Shown here: piece after piece, positions 18,370 to 27,742 of the stretch
Position numbering within the stretch: position 1 is the first letter of the stretch
Layout: every line of letters begins with the position of its first letter
NCBI GenBank assembly: GCA_027001995.1
Contig: JALTLO010000199.1
Span: forward strand, 1-30,001
DNA length: 30,001 bases
Reading direction: 5' to 3'
DNA from: Planctomycetota bacterium
GTDB lineage: Bacteria; Planctomycetota; GCA-002687715; DRQF01
The notes under the pieces: model-generated
What the model was told of the DNA's origin: nothing
Database searches by the model: none
The model's input: only the letters and a program-made list of their open reading frames with translations
Program-made: the position numbers and the translations under genes

Positions 18370-19583
18370 GCCAAGCACCATTTGATCAACCCCTCGATCT
18401 TCTTTCTACCCACATTCGGAAGATTGTCGAGCGACCAACGCCCATCCCAAGCATTGCCATGAAAGCTCAGACTTTGGCAGCCCAAGCTCCCGAGCTGGTG
18501 CGAGCTGATATCGGCCAGATTTCTGGTTTTGATGCATCTTTGGAAGTTCTTTACGGACCTCCTGTGGGGTTGCCTCAACTCAGAAACGTCCTTGCAGAAT
18601 CGTGGAACCTCAGTCATGGTTTGAACACCGATACAGGACTAACTGATCAGAACGTCGCCATTTGCAATGGGGCAGCGGAGGGGATTAGCCTTCTCCTCAG
18701 GTGTTTCGCCGAAGAGAAGAAAGTTGGTTTGCCTCGTGGGCATTGGGAGAATTACCTCAATGGCGTTGAATTGGCCCGTGGGGAAGTGGCTATTCTTGAC
18801 TACTTTGATGACGCTGGCGTACTTGACATCCCTGGGCTCAAAAAGATGATTCAAGATGAAGGCATTGAAGTCATTGTGGCCAATTTTCCTTGTAACCCAA
18901 CCGGCGCCGTCTTGAATGAGGCGGAGGCTAAACAATTGACTGGACTCATCCAGGAACTGAACATCATCTGCATCGCCGACGAGGTTTATGATCGCTTGCG
19001 CTATGACGGCCATAAACCTCTCAGTCTCCTGCCTTTTGCCCCCAAGCATGTCGTGGCTGTGAGCTCAGCTTCGAAGGAGTATCTCTTGCCAGGAGCGCGG
19101 GTTGGCTTCGTGTTGTCCATGGTTCCAGCAATTACCGATCAAATCTTGCGTAAGATGATTCGGGCAAGTTCTGCTAGCCCAAATGTCTTGGGGCAGCGAC
19201 GACTCCTGGAGCTTCTTGAGCCAGATTTAGAAGATCTGAAAGCTGGAAAGGAGCCCGGCCTCTTGACACGAATACGGGGAGAATTGACCACTCGCAAGGA
19301 GAGCCTGCTAGAAGTCTTGACACGCTTTGAGTTCACCAGTATTGGGCGGCCCAATCATTCTCCCGAGGGCACGATTTTTCTCATGGCGGGACTCCCACCT
19401 TGGTGGCAAGGTGATGACGTTTCGATGGCAGAAGCGGCTCTTGATGCTTGCTGCGTTTCAACTGTACCGGGCTCAGCGTTTGGCTTGCCGGGTTCGATTC
19501 GCTTTAGTTATGGGGGAATGACTGTGGAGCGCATCAAGCAACTGGGGGAGAACCTGAAGAATTTTAGAGCTTCAGTTTCCTGA
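18366..19583 (+). CDS. PLP-dependent aminotransferase class I/II
   Basis: YGPPVGLPQLR, NFPCNPTG, ADEVY, SASKEYLLPGARVG, VPGSAFG..IRFSY. ATGA overlap with the SDR. Confidence 0.9.
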   Translation: MSQAPFDQPLDLLSTHIRKIVERPTPIPSIAMKAQTLAAQAPELVRADIGQISGFDASLEVLYGPPVGLPQLRNVLAESWNLSHGLNTDTGLTDQNVAICNGAAEGISLLLRCFAEEKKVGLPRGHWENYLNGVELARGEVAILDYFDDAGVLDIPGLKKMIQDEGIEVIVANFPCNPTGAVLNEAEAKQLTGLIQELNIICIADEVYDRLRYDGHKPLSLLPFAPKHVVAVSSASKEYLLPGARVGFVLSMVPAITDQILRKMIRASSASPNVLGQRRLLELLEPDLEDLKAGKEPGLLTRIRGELTTRKESLLEVLTRFEFTSIGRPNHSPEGTIFLMAGLPPWWQGDDVSMAEAALDACCVSTVPGSAFGLPGSIRFSYGGMTVERIKQLGENLKNFRASVS

Positions 19584-19597
19584 GTTTGTCTTCACCA

Positions 19598-19637
19598 TGA
19601 AAAAAGCCCTCGGCGATTTTGGCCGAGGGCTTTTTCA
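19598..19637. terminator. Bidirectional rho-independent terminator
   Basis: A-tract, GCCCTCGGC, 7-nt loop, GCCGAGGGC, T-tract, between convergent genes. Confidence 0.9.
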
Positions 19638-19660
19638 ATAGGCGAGCTTATGAACTCGAA

Positions 19661-20353
19661 TTATTGCCAGCGAAGAAGCATCTTCCTTGGCGAGAATTGG
19701 AGGTTCACTTCTGGCGGGGTGAAGTCGTGTGTTTTCAGGAAACGCACGTACACATCGTCAGATTTGGGCTCAAGAGCGACCATCACGGAAATGAGGGAAT
19801 CAAAACGCTTGACGAAGTCAGGAATTGAGACCCCTTCATCCTCATTTCTGTGAGTGTGGGCACTCATCCAAATTTCAGTTTCGAACTCAACTGCGAGCTT
19901 CTTAAGAGCGCTCATGGTCTCTTCGTCTGTTGTCTCGAAGTCGGGCCACATTTGCAGCTCCACCAAACCCGGCTTGAACTGAGCATGCTCGGCCAAGAAT
20001 ACCAGGGTGTTGCGGAGGCGCTCGACATTCATGTCGCCACTTCCGTAGGTGTAAATCTGCTTGTGACGTTCAACCGTTGTCATCGTTTGAGCATGATTCT
20101 GAATGCCATGGGCGGCGATCATAGCTTGCAACACTTGGTCGTCATAGGCGCGAATTTCATCAACGCTCTTGCCGACGCAGGCGTGTAACGTATTGACACC
20201 GCTCATGGCGTGGTCAATTGCGATTGAGGTCAAGATTGCATTCTTGCCTGTGCCGTGACGACTCATGATGATACCCAAGTTGCCGGCTCCAAGGCCGCCC
20301 TTGAGGACTTTGTCGAACACGCGCAAAGGCCGATTCTGGTCTGTGATACTCAT
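19661..20353 (-). CDS. KaiC/RecA/DnaB-like P-loop protein with degenerate Walker motifs
   Basis: GGLGAGNLGIIMSRHGTGKN, LK.LA.E...EIWMSA. SD AGGGAG, 21 nt after the fusA stop. Confidence 0.8.
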   Translation of the reverse strand: MSITDQNRPLRVFDKVLKGGLGAGNLGIIMSRHGTGKNAILTSIAIDHAMSGVNTLHACVGKSVDEIRAYDDQVLQAMIAAHGIQNHAQTMTTVERHKQIYTYGSGDMNVERLRNTLVFLAEHAQFKPGLVELQMWPDFETTDEETMSALKKLAVEFETEIWMSAHTHRNEDEGVSIPDFVKRFDSLISVMVALEPKSDDVYVRFLKTHDFTPPEVNLQFSPRKMLLRWQ

Positions 20354-20374
20354 GGGAATCTCCCTATTTCTTTC

Positions 20375-22462
20375 TTAGTTCCCAGCTTCTCGTTCGGCCC
20401 GGTAGGCTGCTACCAATTCTTCTTCTACGTCTCGTGGGGCACCGGCGTAACGATGGAATTCCATGGTGAATTCGGCTTTGCCTTGAGTCGCTGAGCGCAA
20501 GTCTGTGGCGTACCCGAACATCTCACTCAATGGCACCTCTGCCTCGATGCGGACGAAGCCCGTGTCTTCAGTCGTACCAATCAGCATACCACGACGTTGG
20601 AGAACCGTCCCAACCATTTCGCCTTGGAACTCGGTGGGGCCTTCAATGACAACTGTCATGATTGGCTCCAAGACTTGAGGCTTACCCTTGACATAGTATT
20701 CCCGGAAGCAACCGCGAGCGGCAGCTTGGAAAGCGTTGTCCGAGGAGTCGACTGCATGGTGGGCACCATCTTGGAGATCAACGCAAAGCCCATCCACTGG
20801 GGCTCCAATGAGGGAGCCTTCTTCCAACATGGACTTGAAGCCTTTTTCCACTGAAGAAATGAACTCCCGGGGGATATTGCCGCCGGTGACATTGTTCTCC
20901 ATGACGAATTTGCCTTCTTCGTTCGGAGCAATCTTGCCAATGATTCGGCCATATTGACCAGAACCACCGGTTTGCTTCTTATGGGTGTAGTCAAATTCTA
21001 CTGGCTTGGTCATACGCTCACGATAAGCAACCTGTGGCTTGCCGACTTCGACTTCACAGTCGAATTCTCGCCTCATGCGTTCGACGTAAACTTCCAGATG
21101 CAACTCACCCATGCCGGAGATGATCGTCTCGGCACTCTTGGGATCGACACGAACGCGGAACGTTGGGTCTTCCTTGGTGAAACGCTGAAGGGCCTTCGAC
21201 ATGTTTGCCGTGCCTTTGCGCTCTTTTGGTTTGATGGCCAAGTCGATCACGGTGTCCGGGATGTGCATGGCGCTCAAAGTGAGCTCTGTGTTCTTGTCGC
21301 GGAATGTGTCACCAGAAGCGCAATCGATACCGAACATGGCAACGATGTCGCCAGCGCCAGCTGAGGTGATGTCTTCCATCTTATCTGAGTGCATACGCAC
21401 GATACGGCCGAGTTTGTGCTTCTTGCCGGTTCGTGCGTTGTAGACGAAGTCGCCTTTGTTCAGAGTGCCCTGATAGACGCGCACATAGGTGAGTTGCCCG
21501 TAAGCGCCATCTTCCAATTTGAAGGCATAAGAAAGAAGCTCGTCTTCCGAGTCATTGGTGACGGCGACTTTGTTTTCTTCGTCATTCGGGTTGGTGGCGT
21601 AATTGGTGACGTCTGTGGGATCTGGCAGATATGCGATAACGGCGTCGAGAAGAGGCTGAACGCCGCGGTTCTTATAGGCAGAGCCCAAGAAAACCGGAAC
21701 CAACTCCAGAGCCAGAACGCCGGTGCGGACAGCGCTCATGATCATTTCAACTGGGATCTCTTTTTCTTCTAAGACCAACTCCATGAGTTCGTCGCTGAAG
21801 TTGGAGAGTGCATCCAGGAGAACTTCACGTCGGCTTTCACACTCGATCCGGAGTTCTTCCGGAATCTCCACGTCGACCAGGTTCTCGCCGTTTTCACCCT
21901 CGAACATGATTCCCCGCATGGTGACCAAGTCAACGACACCGTCGTGGTCGCCTTCCAAGCCGATAGGGACTTGCATCATGACAGCGTTCAGGTGGAGTTT
22001 TTCCCTGAGTTGGTCGCAAACGCGCATGGGGTTAGCGCCAGTCCGGTCGCACTTATTGATAAAGGCAACCCGGGGGACGTTGTAGCGTCGCATTTGGCGA
22101 TCCACCGTGATGGACTGGCTTTGGACGCCAGCGACACCACAAAGAACCAAGACGGCTCCATCAAGAACTCGCAGGGCCCGCTCGACTTCGATGGTGAAGT
22201 CCACGTGTCCAGGGGTGTCAATGATGTTGATGTCGTGGTTTTTCCACTCGACGGAGGTCGCAGCGGAAGCGATAGTAATACCGCGCTCGCGCTCCAATTC
22301 CATGGAGTCCATGGTGGCGCCAACGCCATCCTTACCACGGACTTCGTGAATGGAGTGAATACGGTCGGTATAGAAAAGGATGCGCTCGGTTAGGGTCGTC
22401 TTGCCCGAATCAATGTGGGCACTGATCCCGATATTGCGCAGTTTCGATAGCTCTGTTGCCAT
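20375..22462 (-). CDS. fusA: Elongation factor G (spdEFG1 / mitochondrial EF-G1-like)
   Basis: [75 protein letters not shown]. Confidence 0.97.
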   Translation of the reverse strand: MATELSKLRNIGISAHIDSGKTTLTERILFYTDRIHSIHEVRGKDGVGATMDSMELERERGITIASAATSVEWKNHDINIIDTPGHVDFTIEVERALRVLDGAVLVLCGVAGVQSQSITVDRQMRRYNVPRVAFINKCDRTGANPMRVCDQLREKLHLNAVMMQVPIGLEGDHDGVVDLVTMRGIMFEGENGENLVDVEIPEELRIECESRREVLLDALSNFSDELMELVLEEKEIPVEMIMSAVRTGVLALELVPVFLGSAYKNRGVQPLLDAVIAYLPDPTDVTNYATNPNDEENKVAVTNDSEDELLSYAFKLEDGAYGQLTYVRVYQGTLNKGDFVYNARTGKKHKLGRIVRMHSDKMEDITSAGAGDIVAMFGIDCASGDTFRDKNTELTLSAMHIPDTVIDLAIKPKERKGTANMSKALQRFTKEDPTFRVRVDPKSAETIISGMGELHLEVYVERMRREFDCEVEVGKPQVAYRERMTKPVEFDYTHKKQTGGSGQYGRIIGKIAPNEEGKFVMENNVTGGNIPREFISSVEKGFKSMLEEGSLIGAPVDGLCVDLQDGAHHAVDSSDNAFQAAARGCFREYYVKGKPQVLEPIMTVVIEGPTEFQGEMVGTVLQRRGMLIGTTEDTGFVRIEAEVPLSEMFGYATDLRSATQGKAEFTMEFHRYAGAPRDVEEELVAAYRAEREAGN

Positions 22463-22864
22463 GGCTCTGTAACTCGAATTTCATTCGTATTTGAGGACTT
22501 CTCACGTTCGAGGACTTCCGTCAGCCAAGGGGCCCGCGGGATTTCATTGGGTAAAACCCATGGAAGCCTGATTCGCGGCGCCGCCTTCAAGAACCCCCAA
22601 AACTGCGGGTCCTCCTAGAACGCGTCCGCTGATGTTTCTAAATTCAAATTCACCTCCCAAGAGCAAAAATCATGAAACTTCAGGTGTCCGGGAATGGTTG
22701 AAGGTGTGAGACATCCCAGATGTCCAAAGAAACGGGGTAAATTCGCCTTCGAATTTGAGCTGATCATGGCTGTAAAGCGTTTGATCGTAAGAGTTAACGT
22801 TGTGTGAACCCAAACAGTCACCAACACCTGATGGCCGAAATACGGCCTAAATATGGAGCAGAAA

Positions 22865-23836
22865 ATGAATCGTATTGTCACAGCTTTTGCCATGTTCTCC
22901 GTCTTGACCGTTGGGCTATTTGCCCAAGAAGCCAAGACGAAACCGGAAACTATCAAATTTACGGCCAAAAAGGTGGCCTCTGGGGATACGGTCACCAAGG
23001 GCGCCACGAGCAACACCAAGTTGGTCATGAAGATGTCCATGGGTGAAATGGGCGAGCAAGAAATGAATCAGGCCATGGATGCGAAGGAAACCAAGACGGT
23101 CACCATCCTGGAAGCCAAAGATGGTAAAATCACCAAGTTTAAGGTGGCCTACAAGTCCGTGGTATCCACCGTCAAGATGGAATCTGCCATGTTCCCTGAG
23201 CCTATGGAAGAAGACGCTGTTTCTCAGTTCGATCTGAACGGTAACACTTTTACTTTTACCATCGCTGATGGCGCCGTGACTGTTAAGGATGCTGAAGGTG
23301 AAGCTGTTGAGGGGGCACGAGGGGAATACTTGAAGAATGCCGAAGCTCCAGAGGGCAAATGCAGTGCCTGGAACCCTGATGCCACAGTGATTTTTGAGAA
23401 ACGCGAGTTCACCGTTGGTGAGACTGTTGTGATTCCTCAAGAGCGGGCCACCGCCATGGTCCCGAATCAAAAAATGTTGGGGGACGACATCAAAGTTAAG
23501 GTCACTGCAACATTGCGTTCCAAGAAGAAGGTTTTTGGTGTCGAGTGCGGCGTGTTTGACATAGTCGTCAACATTGAAGGTGCTCCCCAGATGCCTGGTG
23601 GAGGCGGTGGCATGGGAGCTGCTGATGCTGAGTTGACCATGAAATTGACCGGTACCATGACCGTTGGCGTGAACAATATGTGGGTCTATGCTTCCAAGAT
23701 GACCGGGCCTATTGTCATTGATGCTGAGGTCGAAGCCCAAGAGATGGCCATTACGATCAGTGGTAAAGGCGACGTTAAGATTGATATCTTGAACGTTTAC
23801 TCAAAAACGAAGATTGAGAAAAAAGCAACGAAGTAG
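22865..23836 (+). CDS. Secreted beta-rich hypothetical protein
   Basis: GGAG RBS. Signal peptide MNRIVTAFAMFSVLTVGLFA-QE. Followed by its own terminator. Confidence 0.8.
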   Translation: MNRIVTAFAMFSVLTVGLFAQEAKTKPETIKFTAKKVASGDTVTKGATSNTKLVMKMSMGEMGEQEMNQAMDAKETKTVTILEAKDGKITKFKVAYKSVVSTVKMESAMFPEPMEEDAVSQFDLNGNTFTFTIADGAVTVKDAEGEAVEGARGEYLKNAEAPEGKCSAWNPDATVIFEKREFTVGETVVIPQERATAMVPNQKMLGDDIKVKVTATLRSKKKVFGVECGVFDIVVNIEGAPQMPGGGGGMGAADAELTMKLTGTMTVGVNNMWVYASKMTGPIVIDAEVEAQEMAITISGKGDVKIDILNVYSKTKIEKKATK

Positions 23837-23859
23837 CTTTCTCTTCGGACGAATCTCAG

Positions 23860-23888
23860 AGCCCCAGCCCTCAGGTTGGGGCTTTTTT
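23860..23888 (+). terminator. Rho-independent terminator
   Basis: AGCCCCAGCC-CTCA-GGTTGGGGCT followed by a T-tract. Confidence 0.85.
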
Positions 23889-24364
23889 CGTTACCTCCCG
23901 GTAATGAAATGATCTGGAAGAGTTGGATTTTGCCTTGGGAAACCGGGTCAGGATGGGGGCGAACGACCTCCTGGCCCTCTCAGACTCATCCTGCATCATT
24001 CTCGGGGATGGCACGTCGATTGCGTTTGCACCTCAGCATCAGGAGAAAAGAACCAGCCTTGATGGGCTTTGAGTTGCCAATGGCATCGTCAGGGGAAGGG
24101 CTTTTTGGGGTTGGTTCACGATCGACGTGTGGCGTGGCTCTTATTGGCGAACATCATCAGCGAGGGCTGTTTTTCGCAAGGTAGGAAAATCGGACCATGG
24201 ACACGCTGGTGGATGCCTCAGGGTCCACGCCGCCGTCATTTTTTGCTGAAACATGTTAGGAGTGGTCTAGAGGAATTGCTTCTTCTCTCTTTCCTCAAGC
24301 TCTGTTTAGCACTATCTTTCAGTAGAAATATATCTTGATGTAACCTCATATGGTCCAGATCCTC

Positions 24365-24598
24365 ATGGCTGAAGAACAACCCAATAATCCTCTCCACGGC
24401 ATTACTTTGGAGACTCTCCTGACGGAACTTGTGGATCACTTGGGCTGGGAAGAACTTGGGGACATTATCCGGGTCAATTGCTTCAATACAGATCCCTCGA
24501 TTAAGTCGAGCTTGAAATTCTTGAGGCGGACGCCTTGGGCCAGAGACAAGGTGGAGGAACTCTACTTGGCCTGCAAAGAAGACTTTGAGTCTCCGTGA
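24365..24598 (+). CDS. VF530 / DUF2132 family small putative DNA-binding protein
   Basis: [15 protein letters not shown]...GWEEL...[27 protein letters not shown]. Confidence 0.92.
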   Translation: MAEEQPNNPLHGITLETLLTELVDHLGWEELGDIIRVNCFNTDPSIKSSLKFLRRTPWARDKVEELYLACKEDFESP

Positions 24599-24693
24599 CC
24601 AAGGAATCTTGCTGGATGGCCCAATGGGCCTCGTTCGAGTAGGATCTCGATCCACAGCCGCTTTGGCATTGAGAAAGATTGAGGGATCTCCCG

Positions 24694-25281
24694 ATGAAGG
24701 ACCTACTGAGTAAGAACGTATTTTTGGTCAAAGAGCATGTTGGCATGTTCAAGGCCGCCAATAACTTTGACATTTTCGATCCGGAGAATGGCGAAGTTCT
24801 GATGCATTGTCGGGAAGAGTCCTTAGGTTTCTTCACCAAGATGCTTCGGTTTACTGACTACAAGAGAATGACTCCTTTTGACATTCAGGTACGGACGCCG
24901 GATGGCAGGCAAGTCGTGCGCATCAAGCGTGGCGTTTCGTTTTTCCTGTCGAAGGTGGAAGTCTTTGATGAAAACGACGACCTTATCGGTGGTTTTAAGC
25001 AGAAGCTCTTCTCGATTGGTGGTGCCTTCAAAGTTTTGGACGAGAACGATGTCCCCGTCTGCGAGTTAAAGGGTAAATGGACCGGGTGGAATTTTCGTTT
25101 CTTGGCTGGTGAAGCCGAATTGGCCTGGGTCACGAAGAAGTGGGCAGGACTTGGCAAAGAGCTGTTCACCAGCGCCGATAACTACATTTTGCAGATTGAA
25201 GAGTCGGTGCCCATCGAGAACGGAGTTCGCCAGCTGATCATTGGCGCCGTGATGTGTATTGACATGGTGCTGAAAGAGTAG
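24694..25281 (+). CDS. Phospholipid scramblase / LURP-one (Tubby C-terminal-like) protein
   Basis: FLVKEHVGMFKAANNFDI, KRMTPF, GGFKQKLFSIGG, KKWAGLGKELFTSADNY, IDMVLKE. GAGGG RBS. Confidence 0.85.
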   Translation: MKDLLSKNVFLVKEHVGMFKAANNFDIFDPENGEVLMHCREESLGFFTKMLRFTDYKRMTPFDIQVRTPDGRQVVRIKRGVSFFLSKVEVFDENDDLIGGFKQKLFSIGGAFKVLDENDVPVCELKGKWTGWNFRFLAGEAELAWVTKKWAGLGKELFTSADNYILQIEESVPIENGVRQLIIGAVMCIDMVLKE

Positions 25282-25396
25282 TGAATTCGTCCAGAGAATT
25301 GTCAAACGCACATTCTCACGACTTTGGGGTCGCCCCGAATACCCCTGGAGATTGGGGGCTTCTCGGGTTTAATGAGTCAGAATTGAAAGATGTCCT

Positions 25397-25738
25397 ATGA
25401 GTGATCTCCCCAAGTGCCCGGAATGCGATTCGGAATTTACCTATGTTGATCGGGAGCTGTTCGTTTGCCCCGAGTGCGCCCACGAATGGACCGATACCAG
25501 CAGCGAAAAAGAACAGGAAACCGAGACCGTCGTTCGGGATGCTGTTGGCAATGTTTTGCAAAACGGCGACACGATTACTGTCATCAAAGACTTAAAAATC
25601 CGGGGTTCGTCTGGGGTTGTCAAAGTAGGCACTAAGGTGAAGAATATTCGTTTGGTCGACGGCGATCATGATATCGATTGCAAGGTTCCTGGGGTTGGAG
25701 CCATGCAACTGAAGTCGGAGTTTGTGAAGAAAACTTGA
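25397..25738 (+). CDS. yjdM: PhnA/YjdM zinc-ribbon protein
   Basis: [62 protein letters not shown]. Confidence 0.92.
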   Translation: MSDLPKCPECDSEFTYVDRELFVCPECAHEWTDTSSEKEQETETVVRDAVGNVLQNGDTITVIKDLKIRGSSGVVKVGTKVKNIRLVDGDHDIDCKVPGVGAMQLKSEFVKKT

Positions 25739-25763
25739 GGGTGTTCTTCCCTGGAGGCAGGTA

Positions 25764-26513
25764 ATGGGAATCACGGGGAGAGGGACGATCGTCTCCTCAG
25801 TGGCCCATTCGAGATCTTGTGACGTGAACCAAGAAGCCAGCAATGATGAAGACGATCACCCGGCGGGCCCATCCACTATGATCGAGGGATGCGTCACAAG
25901 CTTGGCACAAGCACGAGAAGCCGTTGCTGGAGGTGCCCATCGCCTTGAGCTCTGTAGTCATCTGAGTGTGGGGGGATTAACGCCTTCGTCCGCCCTTGTA
26001 GCCGAAGTCATCCAAGGGGTGGACGTTCCCGTTGTTGTCATGATCCGCCCTCGTCCAGGCCCTTTTCACCTGGAGTCTCAAGAGCTCTCAGAGATGCAAA
26101 AAGATATGGCTGTTTGTGAGCGTTTGGGGGTTTCGGGATTTGTCTTTGGTGCCTTGAATCATGATGGCTCTATCGACAAAAGAGCCCTTGATGAACTCAT
26201 GACCGCCAGTTTCGGGTTGCCTGTCACCTTTCACAAAGCCTTTGATTTGGTGGCCGACCCTCCCAGGGAGCTTGAGTTTCTCATAGAGTCGGGTGTTAAG
26301 CGTGTTCTCACAGCCGGTGGGGCTGAAACCGCTTGGGAGGGACGTTGTGGTCTTCGGCGACTGGTTTCTGTAGCAGGTGACCTGATTGAAATCATCGGGG
26401 CTGGCCGTATTCGGGGAGACCATGTGGCGGCCTTAGTTCAAGAGACGGGAATTTCCGTGGTTCATAGTCGGGGAGAAGCCGTGGCCGCCATTTGGCAGTC
26501 CTTGTCGGCTTGA
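25764..26513 (+). CDS. cutC: Copper homeostasis protein CutC
   Basis: GAHRLELC..L.VGGLTPS, VMIRPR.G.F, GFVFGAL, VTFHKAFD, RVLTAGG. Start uncertain (25764 has GGAGG; the domain begins near 25878). Confidence 0.88.
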   Translation: MGITGRGTIVSSVAHSRSCDVNQEASNDEDDHPAGPSTMIEGCVTSLAQAREAVAGGAHRLELCSHLSVGGLTPSSALVAEVIQGVDVPVVVMIRPRPGPFHLESQELSEMQKDMAVCERLGVSGFVFGALNHDGSIDKRALDELMTASFGLPVTFHKAFDLVADPPRELEFLIESGVKRVLTAGGAETAWEGRCGLRRLVSVAGDLIEIIGAGRIRGDHVAALVQETGISVVHSRGEAVAAIWQSLSA

Positions 26514-26520
26514 GTCTGGC

Positions 26521-26934
26521 TTAGTCTTCGCAAACGGATAGACGGCAAATGAAGACCAAGGCGTAGATGAGCAAGGCGGCTGTTGCCACTTGTGCGTAAG
26601 TGTTTACCAAAGCAAAGACCACTGTATAGGTTCCAACCAGGCAGACGCTTGAAGTGGCGACCAACTTTGTGCGCCTCGATATGCATTGACGTTCTTCCCA
26701 ATTCCGAATTAGGCTGCCGAAAGTTTTGTTTCGCATGAGCCAATCGTGCCAACGGTTCGACGATTTAGAAAAGCACCGGGCCGCCAAGAGAAGAAAGGGA
26801 GTGGTTGGCAGAACCGGGAGGAGTACCCCTAAAGCTGCTAATCCGACGAGAAAGATGCCCAAGTACTTTTGCAGAAGTATGTGTGGGGGTTTCTGTTCTG
26901 ATGACTTCTGTGTCTGAGGGCTGGCCGTCCTCAT
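26521..26934 (-). CDS. ybaN: YbaN/DUF454 family inner membrane protein
   Basis: LGVLLPVLPTTPFLLLAA.CFSKSS..WH.WL..FG. The start could be GTG 27006. Confidence 0.88.
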   Translation of the reverse strand: MRTASPQTQKSSEQKPPHILLQKYLGIFLVGLAALGVLLPVLPTTPFLLLAARCFSKSSNRWHDWLMRNKTFGSLIRNWEERQCISRRTKLVATSSVCLVGTYTVVFALVNTYAQVATAALLIYALVFICRLSVCED

Positions 26935-27203
26935 TTCCAAAGGGCCTCCTGTGGCCCGTCGGACGGGTGGGGTGGACGATTGTTCGGAAGGGCCCTTCGT
27001 TTTCACGCTTTGATTCCGCTCCTAGACACTTGGGAAACATGTGCCACTCATCTTGCCACGTCCCCTGAACGAAGCCCAGGGCTGAGTCTTTGCCAATTCT
27101 TCATTTTCGACATTCTGGGGAAAATCCCTTAGCCTGTTCGTCCGTTAGAAAAATGGGCCGTTCGTGCTCCTTGTCGCAAAGGGAAAGAAATTGTGAGGAA
27201 CAA

Positions 27204-27638
27204 ATGAAAGAGAATCTGAAAACGCCAATCCACTTGTGGATTGTCGGTATCCTGGCCGTATTGTGGAACTCGGGCGGTGTTTTTGATTTCGTCATGACAA
27301 ATAAACGTGACGAAGGCTACATGGAACAGCTCACTTCCGAGCACGTCGTTTTTCTGGACGCCATGCCAAGTTGGGCGATTGCGTCTTGGGCAGTTGCGGT
27401 TTTTGCCGCATTCTTGGCATCGATTCTCCTCCTGATGAGGAAGAGAATCGCAGTCGAAATATTCACTCTCGGGTTGATTGCCATGACCATTTCTTTCTTC
27501 CGTAATTTTGTCCTGGCTGATGGCGGCAAGATCATGGGGGCTGGTGCAGCTCTCTATATGACGATTGCTATTGCCTTGATTCAGATCTTGTTGGTTTTTT
27601 ATGCGGTCAAGATGAAAGCGAAGGGGGTACTTTGCTGA
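27204..27638 (+). CDS. Conserved 4-TM membrane protein
   Basis: GAGG RBS. PIHLWIVGILAVLWN..G..DF, P.WA...WAVAV, LLLMRK; hydrophobic segments. Confidence 0.8.
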   Translation: MKENLKTPIHLWIVGILAVLWNSGGVFDFVMTNKRDEGYMEQLTSEHVVFLDAMPSWAIASWAVAVFAAFLASILLLMRKRIAVEIFTLGLIAMTISFFRNFVLADGGKIMGAGAALYMTIAIALIQILLVFYAVKMKAKGVLC

Positions 27639-27742
27639 GGTTGAACAGACCACCACGCTGATCTGTATGCCTTCATCCTGACTTTTGAATTCTTCGCTCT
27701 TTGCTATGATCCGAAGCAAATTATTGAGTGGAGTTCACCGAA

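Noticed and set aside
19661..20353. True circadian KaiC or replicative DnaB
   Set aside because: Single short domain, degenerate motifs, no kaiB nearby and no DnaB N-terminal domain.
22916..23740. 274-aa minus-strand ORF
   Set aside because: Codon-bias shadow of the secreted protein, which has an RBS, signal peptide and terminator.
25323..25340. Small hairpin TTGGGG-TCG-CCCCGA before yjdM
   Set aside because: Short stem with no U-tract; not enough evidence for a terminator or ncRNA.
25397..25738. Phosphonate utilisation locus
   Set aside because: The PhnA/YjdM name is historical and no other phn genes are present.
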